Part shown: one piece after another, positions 39,534 through 48,796 of the stretch
How positions within the stretch are numbered: the stretch's first letter is position 1
Layout of the letters: every line of letters begins with the position of its first letter
Origin: Candidatus Palauibacter scopulicola
GTDB lineage: Bacteria; Gemmatimonadota; Gemmatimonadetes; Palauibacterales; Palauibacteraceae
Length of the DNA: 64,000 nucleotides
Direction of reading: 5' to 3'
Assembly: GCF_947581915.1 (NCBI RefSeq)
Contig: NZ_CANPWG010000038.1
Span: 89,429-153,428, forward strand
Program-made: the position numbers and the translations under genes
Notes under the pieces: generated by a model
What the model was told of the DNA's origin: nothing
Database searches by the model: none
Seen by the model: only the letters and a program-made list of their open reading frames with translations

Positions 39534-40091
39534 CTACGCGCCGCCGGGATCCTCCGCAGCGAGGCGGTCGATGACGAGGGGGGTGATGTCGACGCGTTCG
39601 CTGAACAGGATGATGATGGGGCTCGTCGCGTTCAGGATCAGGTCGTACCCGAGTTCCGCCTGGATCGCCTCGATCACCGGCGCGAGTTCCGCTCGGATCC
39701 GCTCGCGCCCGTCGGTCTGCAGCGCGGCCGCTTCCTCCTGCTTGTCCTGCTGGTAGCGCTGGAAGGCCGTGAGGGCGTCCTGATACTCGCGTTCGAGCAC
39801 CCGGCGTTCGTCCACGGTCAGGCTGTCCGCCTCGGCCACGCGTAGCTCGACGGCGCGCACCGCGTCCTGGCGCGCCTGTAGCTCCGCGGCGAGTTCCTGC
39901 TGGAAGTCGGTGAGCTGCTGGGCGAGCGCCTGTCCCGCGGGCGAGCCGAACGCGGCGGCGTCCAGATCGATGACGCCGATGCTGAGCGGCGCGTCCGCGG
40001 CCTGGCCCTCGGTCTGGCCCGCCAGCGTCGCAGGCGCCAGCGCCAGGAGCAGGGTGGCGGACGAAAGCGGAAGACGTGCGTATCTTTTCAT
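39534..40091 (-). CDS. skp: OmpH/Skp-family periplasmic chaperone
   Basis: Signal peptide followed by a coiled-coil-rich, Gln/Glu/Ala-rich sequence typical of Skp. ATG at 40091. Confidence 0.7.
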   Translation of the reverse strand: MKRYARLPLSSATLLLALAPATLAGQTEGQAADAPLSIGVIDLDAAAFGSPAGQALAQQLTDFQQELAAELQARQDAVRAVELRVAEADSLTVDERRVLEREYQDALTAFQRYQQDKQEEAAALQTDGRERIRAELAPVIEAIQAELGYDLILNATSPIIILFSERVDITPLVIDRLAAEDPGGA

Positions 40092-40214
40092 CAGTTGTAC
40101 CTCTAGTTGTACCTCTATTGGAACCTGCCGACGTCCGAGCTGGTCCAATCATGGGGGACCGCGCCCGGGTCAGCTTCACGGGTTGATCGTCACGGAAACA
40201 CGAAGGTACGCGAT

Positions 40215-41783
40215 ATGTCCGAACGAACGAAACGCGCACGCCAAGGCGGCCGCGGCCTCCGCCTCCTGGCGGCGCCGATCCTGACGATCGCAGTCGGCGC
40301 CGGCGCTCCGGAACGGGTCGCCGCGCAGGCGGCCATGGGCGCGGCGGAAGAGCCGGCCACCGTCCTGTTCACGAACGCGACGCTCGTCGACGGGACGGGT
40401 GCGCCCGGATATGTCGGGGACCTGCTCATCGAGGGGGGGGCCATCGCGGCGCTCGGCGCCCCGGGTTCCATCGAGGCTCCGCCCGACGCGGAACGGCGCG
40501 ACCTCACGGGTCTCGTCCTCGCCCCGGGCTTCATCGACATCCACAACCACTCCACGAACCGCCTGTTCGACTTCCCGCTGGCCACGACCCAGCTCGCGCA
40601 GGGGATCACGACGATCGTGGTCGGGGCCGACGGCTCCTCGCCGTGGCCGGTCGCGGACTACCTCGGGCGCATCGATGAACTCCGGCCCACGGTGGATGTC
40701 GCGACGCTCGTCGGGCACGGGACCGTGCGCAGTCTCGTGCTGGATGAGGATTTCCGGCGCACGGCGACCGACGCCGAGATCGCGGACATGACGGTTCGCG
40801 TCGAGCGCGGGATGGCGGAAGGTGCGTTCGGCCTCTCGAGCGGCCTCGAGTACGACCCCGGCTTCTACTCCACGACGGGCGAACTCATCGCCCTCGCGCG
40901 GGCCGCGGCGGACCACGGCGGCTTCTATATGACCCACATGCGCGACGAGGAAGAGGGGCTCCTCGAAGCCGTCGACGAGGCCATCCGCATCGGGCGCGAG
41001 GCGGGCCTCCCCGTGCAGATGTCGCACATCAAGGCGGGGAACGCCTCCGTGTGGGGACGGGCGCCCGACGTGCTGGAGCGGATCCGGCGGGCGAACGAGG
41101 AGGGACTGGACGTGACGGCGGACCAGTACCCGTACCAGGCCTGGCAATCCGGGCTCGCGATCGTGGTCCGTTCGAGGATGTTCACGAACCCGGACTCCGT
41201 GGCGAAGGGGATCGCCGCGGCGGGCGGCGGGAACCGGCTGCAGATCGTCGCCTTCTGGTCCGAACCCGAACTGAACGGACTGAGGCTGGACGAGATCGCC
41301 CGGCGCCGGGGGATGACGGACGTCGAAGCCTACATTTGGATCATGGAGAACGGGGGCTCGGGGCTCATCGGCCACACGATGAACGAGGAGGACGTCGATA
41401 CGTTCATGGCCTCGGAGTGGGTGATGACGGCGAGCGACGGCGGGGTGCGGAGCGCGCACCCGCGCGGGGCGGGGACCTTCCCGCGCGTGCTGGGCCACTA
41501 CGTGCGGGAGCGCGGCATCCTGACGCTGGAGCGTGCGGTGCGGCGCGCGACCTCGCTGCCGGCGCGGCGGCTGGGGCTGGACGACCGGGGCGTGCTGCGC
41601 GCCGGAGCCCGGGCCGACCTCGTGATCTTCGACCCGGAGCGCGTGGTGGACCGGTCGACGTTCGACAACGGGACCCGGCAGGCGGAGGGCGTGGAGAGCG
41701 TGTGGCTCGGCGGCATCGAGACCTGGTCCGCCGGGGAGCCGACCGGCGCCCGCCCCGGCCGCGCCATCCGGCACGCGCGCTGA
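40215..41783 (+). CDS. N-acyl-D-amino-acid deacylase (D-aminoacylase) family amidohydrolase
   Basis: Signal-like N-terminus. GFIDIHNHS metal motif. D-aminoacylase C-terminal region. Confidence 0.75.
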   Translation: MSERTKRARQGGRGLRLLAAPILTIAVGAGAPERVAAQAAMGAAEEPATVLFTNATLVDGTGAPGYVGDLLIEGGAIAALGAPGSIEAPPDAERRDLTGLVLAPGFIDIHNHSTNRLFDFPLATTQLAQGITTIVVGADGSSPWPVADYLGRIDELRPTVDVATLVGHGTVRSLVLDEDFRRTATDAEIADMTVRVERGMAEGAFGLSSGLEYDPGFYSTTGELIALARAAADHGGFYMTHMRDEEEGLLEAVDEAIRIGREAGLPVQMSHIKAGNASVWGRAPDVLERIRRANEEGLDVTADQYPYQAWQSGLAIVVRSRMFTNPDSVAKGIAAAGGGNRLQIVAFWSEPELNGLRLDEIARRRGMTDVEAYIWIMENGGSGLIGHTMNEEDVDTFMASEWVMTASDGGVRSAHPRGAGTFPRVLGHYVRERGILTLERAVRRATSLPARRLGLDDRGVLRAGARADLVIFDPERVVDRSTFDNGTRQAEGVESVWLGGIETWSAGEPTGARPGRAIRHAR

Positions 41784-41835
41784 GCCCCCCGGCTGACGTG
41801 CGCCCGCGCCCGCACTCGCGGAGAGGGCGGAAACT

Positions 41836-42240
41836 TCAGTCGGCGGCCGCCTCCCCGCGCTCGGCGGTCGCGACGATCTCGATGCCGCCGCGCACGTTCT
41901 GCTCCACCTCGACGCGCACCCGGCGCGGCGCCACGGCGTAGACCACGTCGTCGGCGATCCGGGCCGCGAGCGTCTCGCAGAACTCCCCCTCGTCCCGGAA
42001 CGACCACAGGTAGAACTTGAGCGCCTTCGACTCCAGGCAGCGGTCGCGCGGCTCGTAGTCGATCGTCACCCGTCCGAAGTCCGGCTGTCCCGTCTTGGGG
42101 CACAGCGAGGTGAACTCCAGCGCCCGCAGCCGGACGCGCTGGATGTCGGCCGCCGGGATCGCCTCCGCGCGCAGCGTCTCGCGTCCCTCCTCCGGATCCC
42201 GGGGCCGCGGCAGCGGACCCGCGGCGGGGAGTCTCGTCAT
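41836..42240 (-). CDS. queF: NADPH-dependent 7-cyano-7-deazaguanine reductase
   Basis: Unimodular QueF motifs (EFTSLCPKTGQPDF; E(S/L)K-type motif ESKALKFYLWSFR). Confidence 0.85.
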   Translation of the reverse strand: MTRLPAAGPLPRPRDPEEGRETLRAEAIPAADIQRVRLRALEFTSLCPKTGQPDFGRVTIDYEPRDRCLESKALKFYLWSFRDEGEFCETLAARIADDVVYAVAPRRVRVEVEQNVRGGIEIVATAERGEAAAD

Positions 42241-43481
42241 CCGTCCTCCGTCCCTTCGTCCATCTCTTCATCGTCATCGTTATCGTTCTGCGTCATCGCA
42301 TCGACGGTCGTGGCGGCGGCCATGTGGCCGATGACGTTCGTCGCCGAGCGGAAGACGTCGGGCACGCGGTCGATCCCGAGCAGGATCCCGAGTCCGGCCA
42401 GCGGCACGCCCACGACATCGAGCGCCGGCACCATCGACACGATGCTCGCGCTCGGCACCGGTGCCACCGTCATGGCGGCGAGGAAGATCGCGAGGACCGC
42501 CGCGGCGATCAGTCCCGCGTCGAGCGGCACCCCGTACATGGCCGCGAGGAAGACGAGCGACGCGCTCTGGAAGAGGGCGCTCCCCGGCCGGTTGATCGAG
42601 GCCGCCAGTGGGAGGATCAGCCGGTAGCGGTCCTGCCGGAGCCCCAGCTTCTCCGCCTCCTGCAGCATCATCGGCAGCGTGCCCACCGACGTCGTCGTGG
42701 AGAAGCCCACGGTGTACGTCCCCACCGTGCCGCGGATGAAGCGCCCCGCCGGCATGCCGCCCACGAAGCGGACCATCGGCAGCAGGATGAGACCCTTGAG
42801 GATGAAGAGGCCCACGACGACCGCGAGGATGAAGACGGCGAGGTTCTGGAGCAGCGCCAGCCCCGTGCGCGCGACCACCGGCGCCGCGAGGCCGAACACG
42901 CCAACGGGCGCCGTCCACAGGACCCAGTTCATGAGCTTGATAAGCGCGTCGCCGAGCGACTCCGCGAATCCCGTGAGCGTCTCCCGCTTCTCCCGCGGCA
43001 GCGTCGTTGTGGCCGCCGCGAGAAGGACGGTGAAGATGAGGATCGAGAGCAGCGACCCATCCGCCGCCGCCTGTACCGGGTTCCTGGGCACGAGGTTCAC
43101 GAGGAAGTCGATCACGCCCGGGTTCGCCGTGTTCAGTTCCGTCGTCGGCGTCGGGGGCGGCACCGGCGCCGTGAAGGTGAGCGCGAAACCCATCACGCCC
43201 ATCCCGATGAGGATCGCCGGCAGCGTCGTGACCCAGAAGAAGCCGACCGAGAGGCCGCCGATCCGCCCCAGCTTGCGGAGGTTTCCGATCCGCGCCACGC
43301 CGACGAACACGACCGCGGCCACGAGCGGAATCACGACCATCTGGATCGCGCGCAGGAAGACCTGTCCGAGCGGCGCGACGGCCTCGGCCGCCCGCAGGAG
43401 CGCGGGAGATCCGGTGGCGGAGGCCGCGACGCCGAGCCCCAGCCCGAGCACGAGGCCGATGAGAATGGCGCGCGTGTTCAC
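42237..43481 (-). CDS. Dicarboxylate / amino acid:cation symporter (DAACS, GltP/DctA-like)
   Basis: 414 aa, multi-TM. Overlaps queF by 4 nt. Confidence 0.7.
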   Translation of the reverse strand: MNTRAILIGLVLGLGLGVAASATGSPALLRAAEAVAPLGQVFLRAIQMVVIPLVAAVVFVGVARIGNLRKLGRIGGLSVGFFWVTTLPAILIGMGVMGFALTFTAPVPPPTPTTELNTANPGVIDFLVNLVPRNPVQAAADGSLLSILIFTVLLAAATTTLPREKRETLTGFAESLGDALIKLMNWVLWTAPVGVFGLAAPVVARTGLALLQNLAVFILAVVVGLFILKGLILLPMVRFVGGMPAGRFIRGTVGTYTVGFSTTTSVGTLPMMLQEAEKLGLRQDRYRLILPLAASINRPGSALFQSASLVFLAAMYGVPLDAGLIAAAVLAIFLAAMTVAPVPSASIVSMVPALDVVGVPLAGLGILLGIDRVPDVFRSATNVIGHMAAATTVDAMTQNDNDDDEEMDEGTEDG

Positions 43482-44605
43482 GTCCCCTCGCTCCCTTCGG
43501 TTGTCCCGGCGGTTCCCGCTTCTCGCCGCTTACGGAACGCGAGCCACGCGCCGACGGTGAGGACGGGCAGGACGTAGTAGACGATGAACCCCCACGTGAT
43601 CGTCCCGTATCCCTGGCGGATGAGGTCGATGAGGCCGAGAGGAGTGAGGGAGAGCGCGACCCCGAGGAAGACCGCCGCGACCGCCGGCCGCGCCCAGCTC
43701 GGCATCCCGGCCCCCCGCTCGCGCCGCGTGACGGCGAGCCGCTCGTTCACCGCGTGGATCATCCCCGTCCCGGTCTCGATCAGGGTGCCGAAGAGGATGA
43801 CCTGGTAGGCGATCTGGAACGTCCTCGACCCGAGCGTCTCGAGGATGAAGTTCGAGGGAACGGTCGCGTCGACGATCGCGGGGTAGTGCGGCACCATCGC
43901 GAGGTAGAAGAAGAACGCCGGCAGCATCCCGATGACGCCGGCCAGCAGTCCGGCCCACACGGCCTGGTTCCGGGTCCGGATGTGGCGCACGGTGAACAGG
44001 GCCACGGCGGCGGCGGAGAGGTTGTAGCCGCCGTACTGGACCCCCTTCACGAGCCAGTCGCCGTCGAGGCTGCTGGCGGCGAAGCTCGGGCCCAGCGTGG
44101 ACCCGAAGCGCACCAGCGACCACACGACGAGCGCCACGAACACGGCATAGAGGGCGAACGACCAGCCGGCGAAGAAGCGCTCGATCGCGGCGCTGCCGTA
44201 GAAGAGGAGCAGCGCGACCGCGCCCAGGGCCACGATCACGCCCAGCCAGTAGGGGAGTCCGAAGGTCTCGTCCGCGATCGAGCCCGCCGCCGCCCCGATG
44301 ACGGCCAGCACGAGCAGCGTCAGCAGCACGTACGTGACCTCGAACAGGGCCCAGGACGGCCCGAGCAGCCGCTTGAAGAAGGTGCGGTACTCGTAGCTGC
44401 GGGACTGCCGCGCGAGTTCGAACGTGACCGCGCACACCGCGCTCCAGATCGCGGTCGAGAGCGCCATCGCCCACAGGCCGGGCGTGGGGCCGATCGAGAG
44501 GAAGAACTCGACGTTCTCCCGCCCGGTGCCGTATCCGCCGGCGATGACGGCCGACTGGAAGACGAGCCCCGGCAGCAGATAGCGGCGGAACCAGGGAGCT
44601 TTCAC
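43478..44605 (-). CDS. YkvI-family membrane protein (putative permease)
   Basis: 375 aa, multi-TM. GTG start after AAAGGGA. Overlaps the DAACS gene by 4 nt. Confidence 0.55.
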   Translation of the reverse strand: MKAPWFRRYLLPGLVFQSAVIAGGYGTGRENVEFFLSIGPTPGLWAMALSTAIWSAVCAVTFELARQSRSYEYRTFFKRLLGPSWALFEVTYVLLTLLVLAVIGAAAGSIADETFGLPYWLGVIVALGAVALLLFYGSAAIERFFAGWSFALYAVFVALVVWSLVRFGSTLGPSFAASSLDGDWLVKGVQYGGYNLSAAAVALFTVRHIRTRNQAVWAGLLAGVIGMLPAFFFYLAMVPHYPAIVDATVPSNFILETLGSRTFQIAYQVILFGTLIETGTGMIHAVNERLAVTRRERGAGMPSWARPAVAAVFLGVALSLTPLGLIDLIRQGYGTITWGFIVYYVLPVLTVGAWLAFRKRREAGTAGTTEGSEGT

Positions 44606-44738
44606 GCTGGCGTCCCTTTCTCTCGGCCGGCCCCTGCCCCAAGGTTTCGCCCGTCAGCGAGGGGCGAGTGCACCGGGGCGCCGGGCGCCGGCGGCCACAT
44701 GCGACCCGCCAAGCTACTCTCGACACCGAGGGCCGGCG

Positions 44739-47414
44739 ATGGAACGAGACAGCCGAGAGACGTTCGGCTCACGCTTCGGGCTCGTGGCCACGATGATCGG
44801 CGTCGCCGTCGGTCTCGGGAACGTGTGGCGCTTCCCGTACATGGTCGGCGAGTTCGGCGGGGCTCCCTTCGTGGCCTTCTACGTCCTCGCCGTGGTGCTG
44901 ATCGGCGTTCCCGCGCTCATGGCGGAATGGACGCTGGGCCGGCACACCCGCCGCGGCCCGGTCGGCGCGTTCGAGTCGGCCGGTCTCCCCTTCGGCCGCG
45001 CCCTCGGCTGGATCTTCTTCGTCGGCGTCACCGCGGCCACCGGCTACTACTCGAACGCGCTCGGCTGGGTACTGTACCACGCCCTGGCCGGGCTGCTCTC
45101 CGGCGTCGGGATCGAGATCGCCGCCGCCGCGATCCTGCCCCCGGACGAGGGGTTTTCGCTGCGCTCCTTCCTCCTGCAGTGCGTCTGCACCGGCGCGGTG
45201 CTCCTCACCTGCGCCGCGGTGCTGCGGCGCGGCCTCCGGGGCGGGATCGAGAAGGCGAGCCGCTTCATCGTGCCGGCGCTCCTCGGCGGCCTCCTCATCC
45301 TCATCATCCGCTCGCTCACGCTGCCCGGCGCGGGCGAGGGCCTCCGCTGGTACCTCGGCGCCTTCGATCCCGGCGCGCTCACGCCGCCCGTCATGCTGGG
45401 GGCGCTGGGCCAGGCGATCTTCAGCCTCTCGCTGGGCGGCACGTTCATGGTCGTGTACGGCTCCTACCTGAACCGCGGCGACCCTCTGCGCGGCAACGCC
45501 GTCTTCACCGCGGGCGGCGACCTGTGCGCCGGACTCCTGGCGGGGCTCGCCATCTTCCCCGCCGTGTTCGCCTTCGGGCTCGAACCGGCGAGCGGTCCCG
45601 GTCTCCTCTTCGTCACGCTGCCCGACGTGTTCGGGCAGATCCCGGCCGGGGCCGTGTTCGGGACGCTCTTCTTCCTGGCGCTGTTCGGGGGCGCCTACCT
45701 GTCGGACGTGGCGGCGCTGGAGGTGCTGGTGGCCGGGGTCACCGACAACACCGGGATCGGGCGCTCGCGCGCCGTCACGCTGACGACCGTGGTCGTGTTC
45801 GCGTTTGCGCTGCCCCCGATGATCAACATGAACGTGTTCACGCCCTGGGATCTGACCTTCGGATCGGGTTTCCAGACGCTCGGCGCGCTGCTCTCGGTTG
45901 TCGCCGTGGGGTGGGCGCTGGACCGCTCCGAAGTGCTGCGGCAACTGGCGGCGGGCGAGGATGGGCCCCGCGGGCGGCGGGTGCCCACGCTCTGGCTCTA
46001 CTACTGGCTCCGCTTCGTCATCCCCGCCGCGATCCTCGCCGTCGGAGCCTGGTGGCTGCTGCGGGACGTGCTGGGCAATGCGGGCGCCGGCCCGCCGCCC
46101 GCTGCCCGGGCCACTCTGGCCATCGAGGAGGTCTCGGTCCTTCCGATGGATGGCGAGCGCGTGCTCGCCGGCGTGACGGTGCTCATCGGCGACGGCCGCG
46201 TGCTCGCCGTGAGTCCGTCGGCCGAAGCGGAGGTCCCGGACGGCGCCGAGCGGGTCGACGGCCGCGGCCGCTTCCTCATCCCGGGCCTCCACGACATGCA
46301 CGTCCACTTCGGGGAGGAGTCGGCGCTCGGGCGGTTCCTGGCCACCGGAGTCACCGGCGTGCGCATCCTGTCGGGCGGGCCGCACACGCTCGACTTTCGC
46401 GACCGCGTCCGGAGCGGCGCACTGGCCGGCCCGGACATCCACACGGCGGGGCCGATCATCGAGGGGTTGCCGCCGCCGGGGTTCGCCGCCGTCATCGACA
46501 CGGCGGGACGCGCGATCGTCCACGACAGCCTCGACGGCGCCCGCACTGTGCGGGAGCAGCATGCCGCCGGGTACGACTTCATCAAGGTGTACAACAACGT
46601 GCCCGCGGCGGCCTACCGGGGCGTCGTCGCCGAGGCGCGCGGGCTCGGGATCCCGGTGGCGGGACACGTGCCCTTCGAGGTGGGACTCGATGGCGTCCTC
46701 GCGGCGGGCCAGGCCAGCATCGAACACCTGCGCGGGTACATCTGGCACCTCGTGCCCGAGGAGGCGCCGGCCCAGCCCGGCCCTGATTTGCGGTCGCGCA
46801 CGCTCGCCTGGGCTCACGGAGATCCCGCGCGGATCGGAGCGCTCGCCGAGCGGACCCGCCGGGCCGGCTCGTGGAACGTGCCCACGCTCTCGGTCCGCAT
46901 GATTCACAAGCCGGACCGCCTCCTCGATGCGTACCTCGCCACGGAGGAGGCGTCGCACATGACCGCCGCCATGCGCCGCTTCTACACCGAGCGCATGTCG
47001 ATCCCCTGGATGAGCAACTTCTCGCCGGATGACTTCGAGGCCGCGCTGGATGGTTTCGCGGTGGCGGATTCCCTCATCCGCGCCCTCGTGGCCGCCGGCG
47101 CTCCCGTGATGGCCGGCACGGATACGCCGCCCCTCGGCTTCGCCCTCCATCGCGAACTGGAGGAACTCGTCGCGGCGGGTCTGTCACCGTACGAGGCGCT
47201 GCGGAGCGCCACGGTCAACCCGGCCCGCTTCCTCGGACGGGAGGGGGGCGCCGGCATGGTGGTCGACGGGAGCCCCGCCGACCTCGTGCTGCTGGAGGGC
47301 AATCCGCTGGAAGCGATCGGCAACACGCGCCGCATCGCCGGCGTCGCGAGGCGCGGCGAATGGCTCGACCGCGCGACACTGGACGCGATGCTGCGGGAGG
47401 CCGCAGGCCGCTGA
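44739..47414 (+). CDS. Fusion protein: N-terminal Na+-dependent NSS-family transporter plus C-terminal amidohydrolase domain
   Basis: NSS signature GLGNVWRFPY with about 12 TM helices. Extra hydrophobic segment (WLRFVIPAAILAVGAWWLL). C-terminal metal-dependent hydrolase domain (LIPGLHDMHVHF...AGTD). Confidence 0.75.
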   Translation: MERDSRETFGSRFGLVATMIGVAVGLGNVWRFPYMVGEFGGAPFVAFYVLAVVLIGVPALMAEWTLGRHTRRGPVGAFESAGLPFGRALGWIFFVGVTAATGYYSNALGWVLYHALAGLLSGVGIEIAAAAILPPDEGFSLRSFLLQCVCTGAVLLTCAAVLRRGLRGGIEKASRFIVPALLGGLLILIIRSLTLPGAGEGLRWYLGAFDPGALTPPVMLGALGQAIFSLSLGGTFMVVYGSYLNRGDPLRGNAVFTAGGDLCAGLLAGLAIFPAVFAFGLEPASGPGLLFVTLPDVFGQIPAGAVFGTLFFLALFGGAYLSDVAALEVLVAGVTDNTGIGRSRAVTLTTVVVFAFALPPMINMNVFTPWDLTFGSGFQTLGALLSVVAVGWALDRSEVLRQLAAGEDGPRGRRVPTLWLYYWLRFVIPAAILAVGAWWLLRDVLGNAGAGPPPAARATLAIEEVSVLPMDGERVLAGVTVLIGDGRVLAVSPSAEAEVPDGAERVDGRGRFLIPGLHDMHVHFGEESALGRFLATGVTGVRILSGGPHTLDFRDRVRSGALAGPDIHTAGPIIEGLPPPGFAAVIDTAGRAIVHDSLDGARTVREQHAAGYDFIKVYNNVPAAAYRGVVAEARGLGIPVAGHVPFEVGLDGVLAAGQASIEHLRGYIWHLVPEEAPAQPGPDLRSRTLAWAHGDPARIGALAERTRRAGSWNVPTLSVRMIHKPDRLLDAYLATEEASHMTAAMRRFYTERMSIPWMSNFSPDDFEAALDGFAVADSLIRALVAAGAPVMAGTDTPPLGFALHRELEELVAAGLSPYEALRSATVNPARFLGREGGAGMVVDGSPADLVLLEGNPLEAIGNTRRIAGVARRGEWLDRATLDAMLREAAGR

Positions 47415-47429
47415 CCCCCGCCCGCGGGC

Positions 47430-48548
47430 CTACTTCGTCCAGATCGCGACCACGCCGCACCGGGAACTGGATCCGCCGAACTCGGCCGGCAGCGATGCCG
47501 GACCCTTGTACACCTCGACGCCTCCGATTTCGACGGGCGACACCCACAGGTCAGCCTCGCCGAGGCTGCTGATGTGAACGCCATCGAGGTAAATCTGCAT
47601 GTGGCAACGCGAACCGGAACCGCTGGCCAGCCGCGTCGAGTACAGCCTGCAGGTGCGCGAACCCACACGACAATAGCGTCGGATCGACGCTTCCTCCATG
47701 ACCATGTCGGATATGACCCCAGGGTGGCGGCGCTCGATATCGGCCGCGGTGTAGAAGGTGCCGAGGCCGAGCAGTTCGCCCCAGCGCTTCCGCTCGTAGA
47801 AGCCCTTGATCTCCAGCCGGCGCAGGCGCACCGCCGTCGCCACGAGCGGTTCCATCTCGAGCGGAGCGGGGACCAGACCGATCTGGATGTCCGTGGTGGC
47901 TCCGCGGGCCACGTTGACCATGTGTCGCAGCGGAGCATACCCGAGATGCCGCACGGACAGTTCGTACACCCCCACCGGCACGTCGCTGAGGATGAATCCG
48001 CCCTGCCGGTTCGTCTGAACCGCCTGGGGACGGCCCCTGAGGGACACGGCGGCCGCGCTCACCGGAGCGTCGCTGAGGGCGTCCGTCACGGTGCCCAGCA
48101 GACGCCCATTCTCCACTGAAGCGACGCGAAGTCGGAGGACCACGTCCTGCACCGCCCCAGGCTGGAGCGGGACCTCCGTCTCGTCGCTGGCGGCGTCGCC
48201 GAACTCCGCCCACAGCGTAGCGCGCCCGACGCCGACGGGGACGCAGAGGACGAGTCGACCATCGGCCCCGGCCTGACCCCGCAGCGGCCCGTCCAACGCC
48301 CCCTCGTCTTCCGACGTCAGACGCACGGTCGCGAATGGAATCGGGATCGAGCCGGACTCATCCAGGACCGCGACCCCCAGGGGAACATCAGCGCCGCAGT
48401 CCTCCGTCTCCTGTCCCGCCAGCCCGGCGGCACCCGTCGCGAACGGCAGCGCGCCGAACAGGAGGCCGGTTCGCAGCGTCGCCCCACCCGTTTGCGCCGC
48501 GACGACGCAGCGGGACCGCTGCCGCGAGCATTCGCCCCGTTGATTCAT
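47430..48548 (-). CDS. TonB-dependent receptor N-terminal fragment: CarboxypepD_reg-like plus plug domains, no beta-barrel
   Basis: GGAGG upstream of the ATG. Plug motifs (IYLDGVHISS...VEIGGVEVYKGPAS...GVVAIWTK). ORF stops 16 nt from the convergent neighbour. Confidence 0.6.
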   Translation of the reverse strand: MNQRGECSRQRSRCVVAAQTGGATLRTGLLFGALPFATGAAGLAGQETEDCGADVPLGVAVLDESGSIPIPFATVRLTSEDEGALDGPLRGQAGADGRLVLCVPVGVGRATLWAEFGDAASDETEVPLQPGAVQDVVLRLRVASVENGRLLGTVTDALSDAPVSAAAVSLRGRPQAVQTNRQGGFILSDVPVGVYELSVRHLGYAPLRHMVNVARGATTDIQIGLVPAPLEMEPLVATAVRLRRLEIKGFYERKRWGELLGLGTFYTAADIERRHPGVISDMVMEEASIRRYCRVGSRTCRLYSTRLASGSGSRCHMQIYLDGVHISSLGEADLWVSPVEIGGVEVYKGPASLPAEFGGSSSRCGVVAIWTK

Positions 48549-48796
48549 GGCGCCTCCGAAGTACGTCCGTAAACGAGTTTCTCCGCGGAAGACCTGGCCG
48601 CTGACCGGCTTCGGTTGCGGCGGCACGATAGTCTGACGGCCAAATGTCGGGCGGCGTCACTCGTCACGCGGGCCCGCACTTGCAACGCGGCGCGGAGGTT
48701 GGTGAGGTTGGCCGTGAGATCCGGGTGCGCCGCCGGTCGAGGCGCCGGCCGCGTCGAGAGCCCATTTGGACCGCATCGGGCCATCGCAACGAGGAT

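Noticed and set aside
44606-44738. Possible preQ1 riboswitch in the leader of the YkvI-DAACS-queF operon
   Set aside because: The leader is GC-rich with a simple hairpin (cgccc...gggcg). It lacks the A-rich tail and conserved loop of preQ1-I or preQ1-II aptamers. It would need a covariance-model search to exclude formally.
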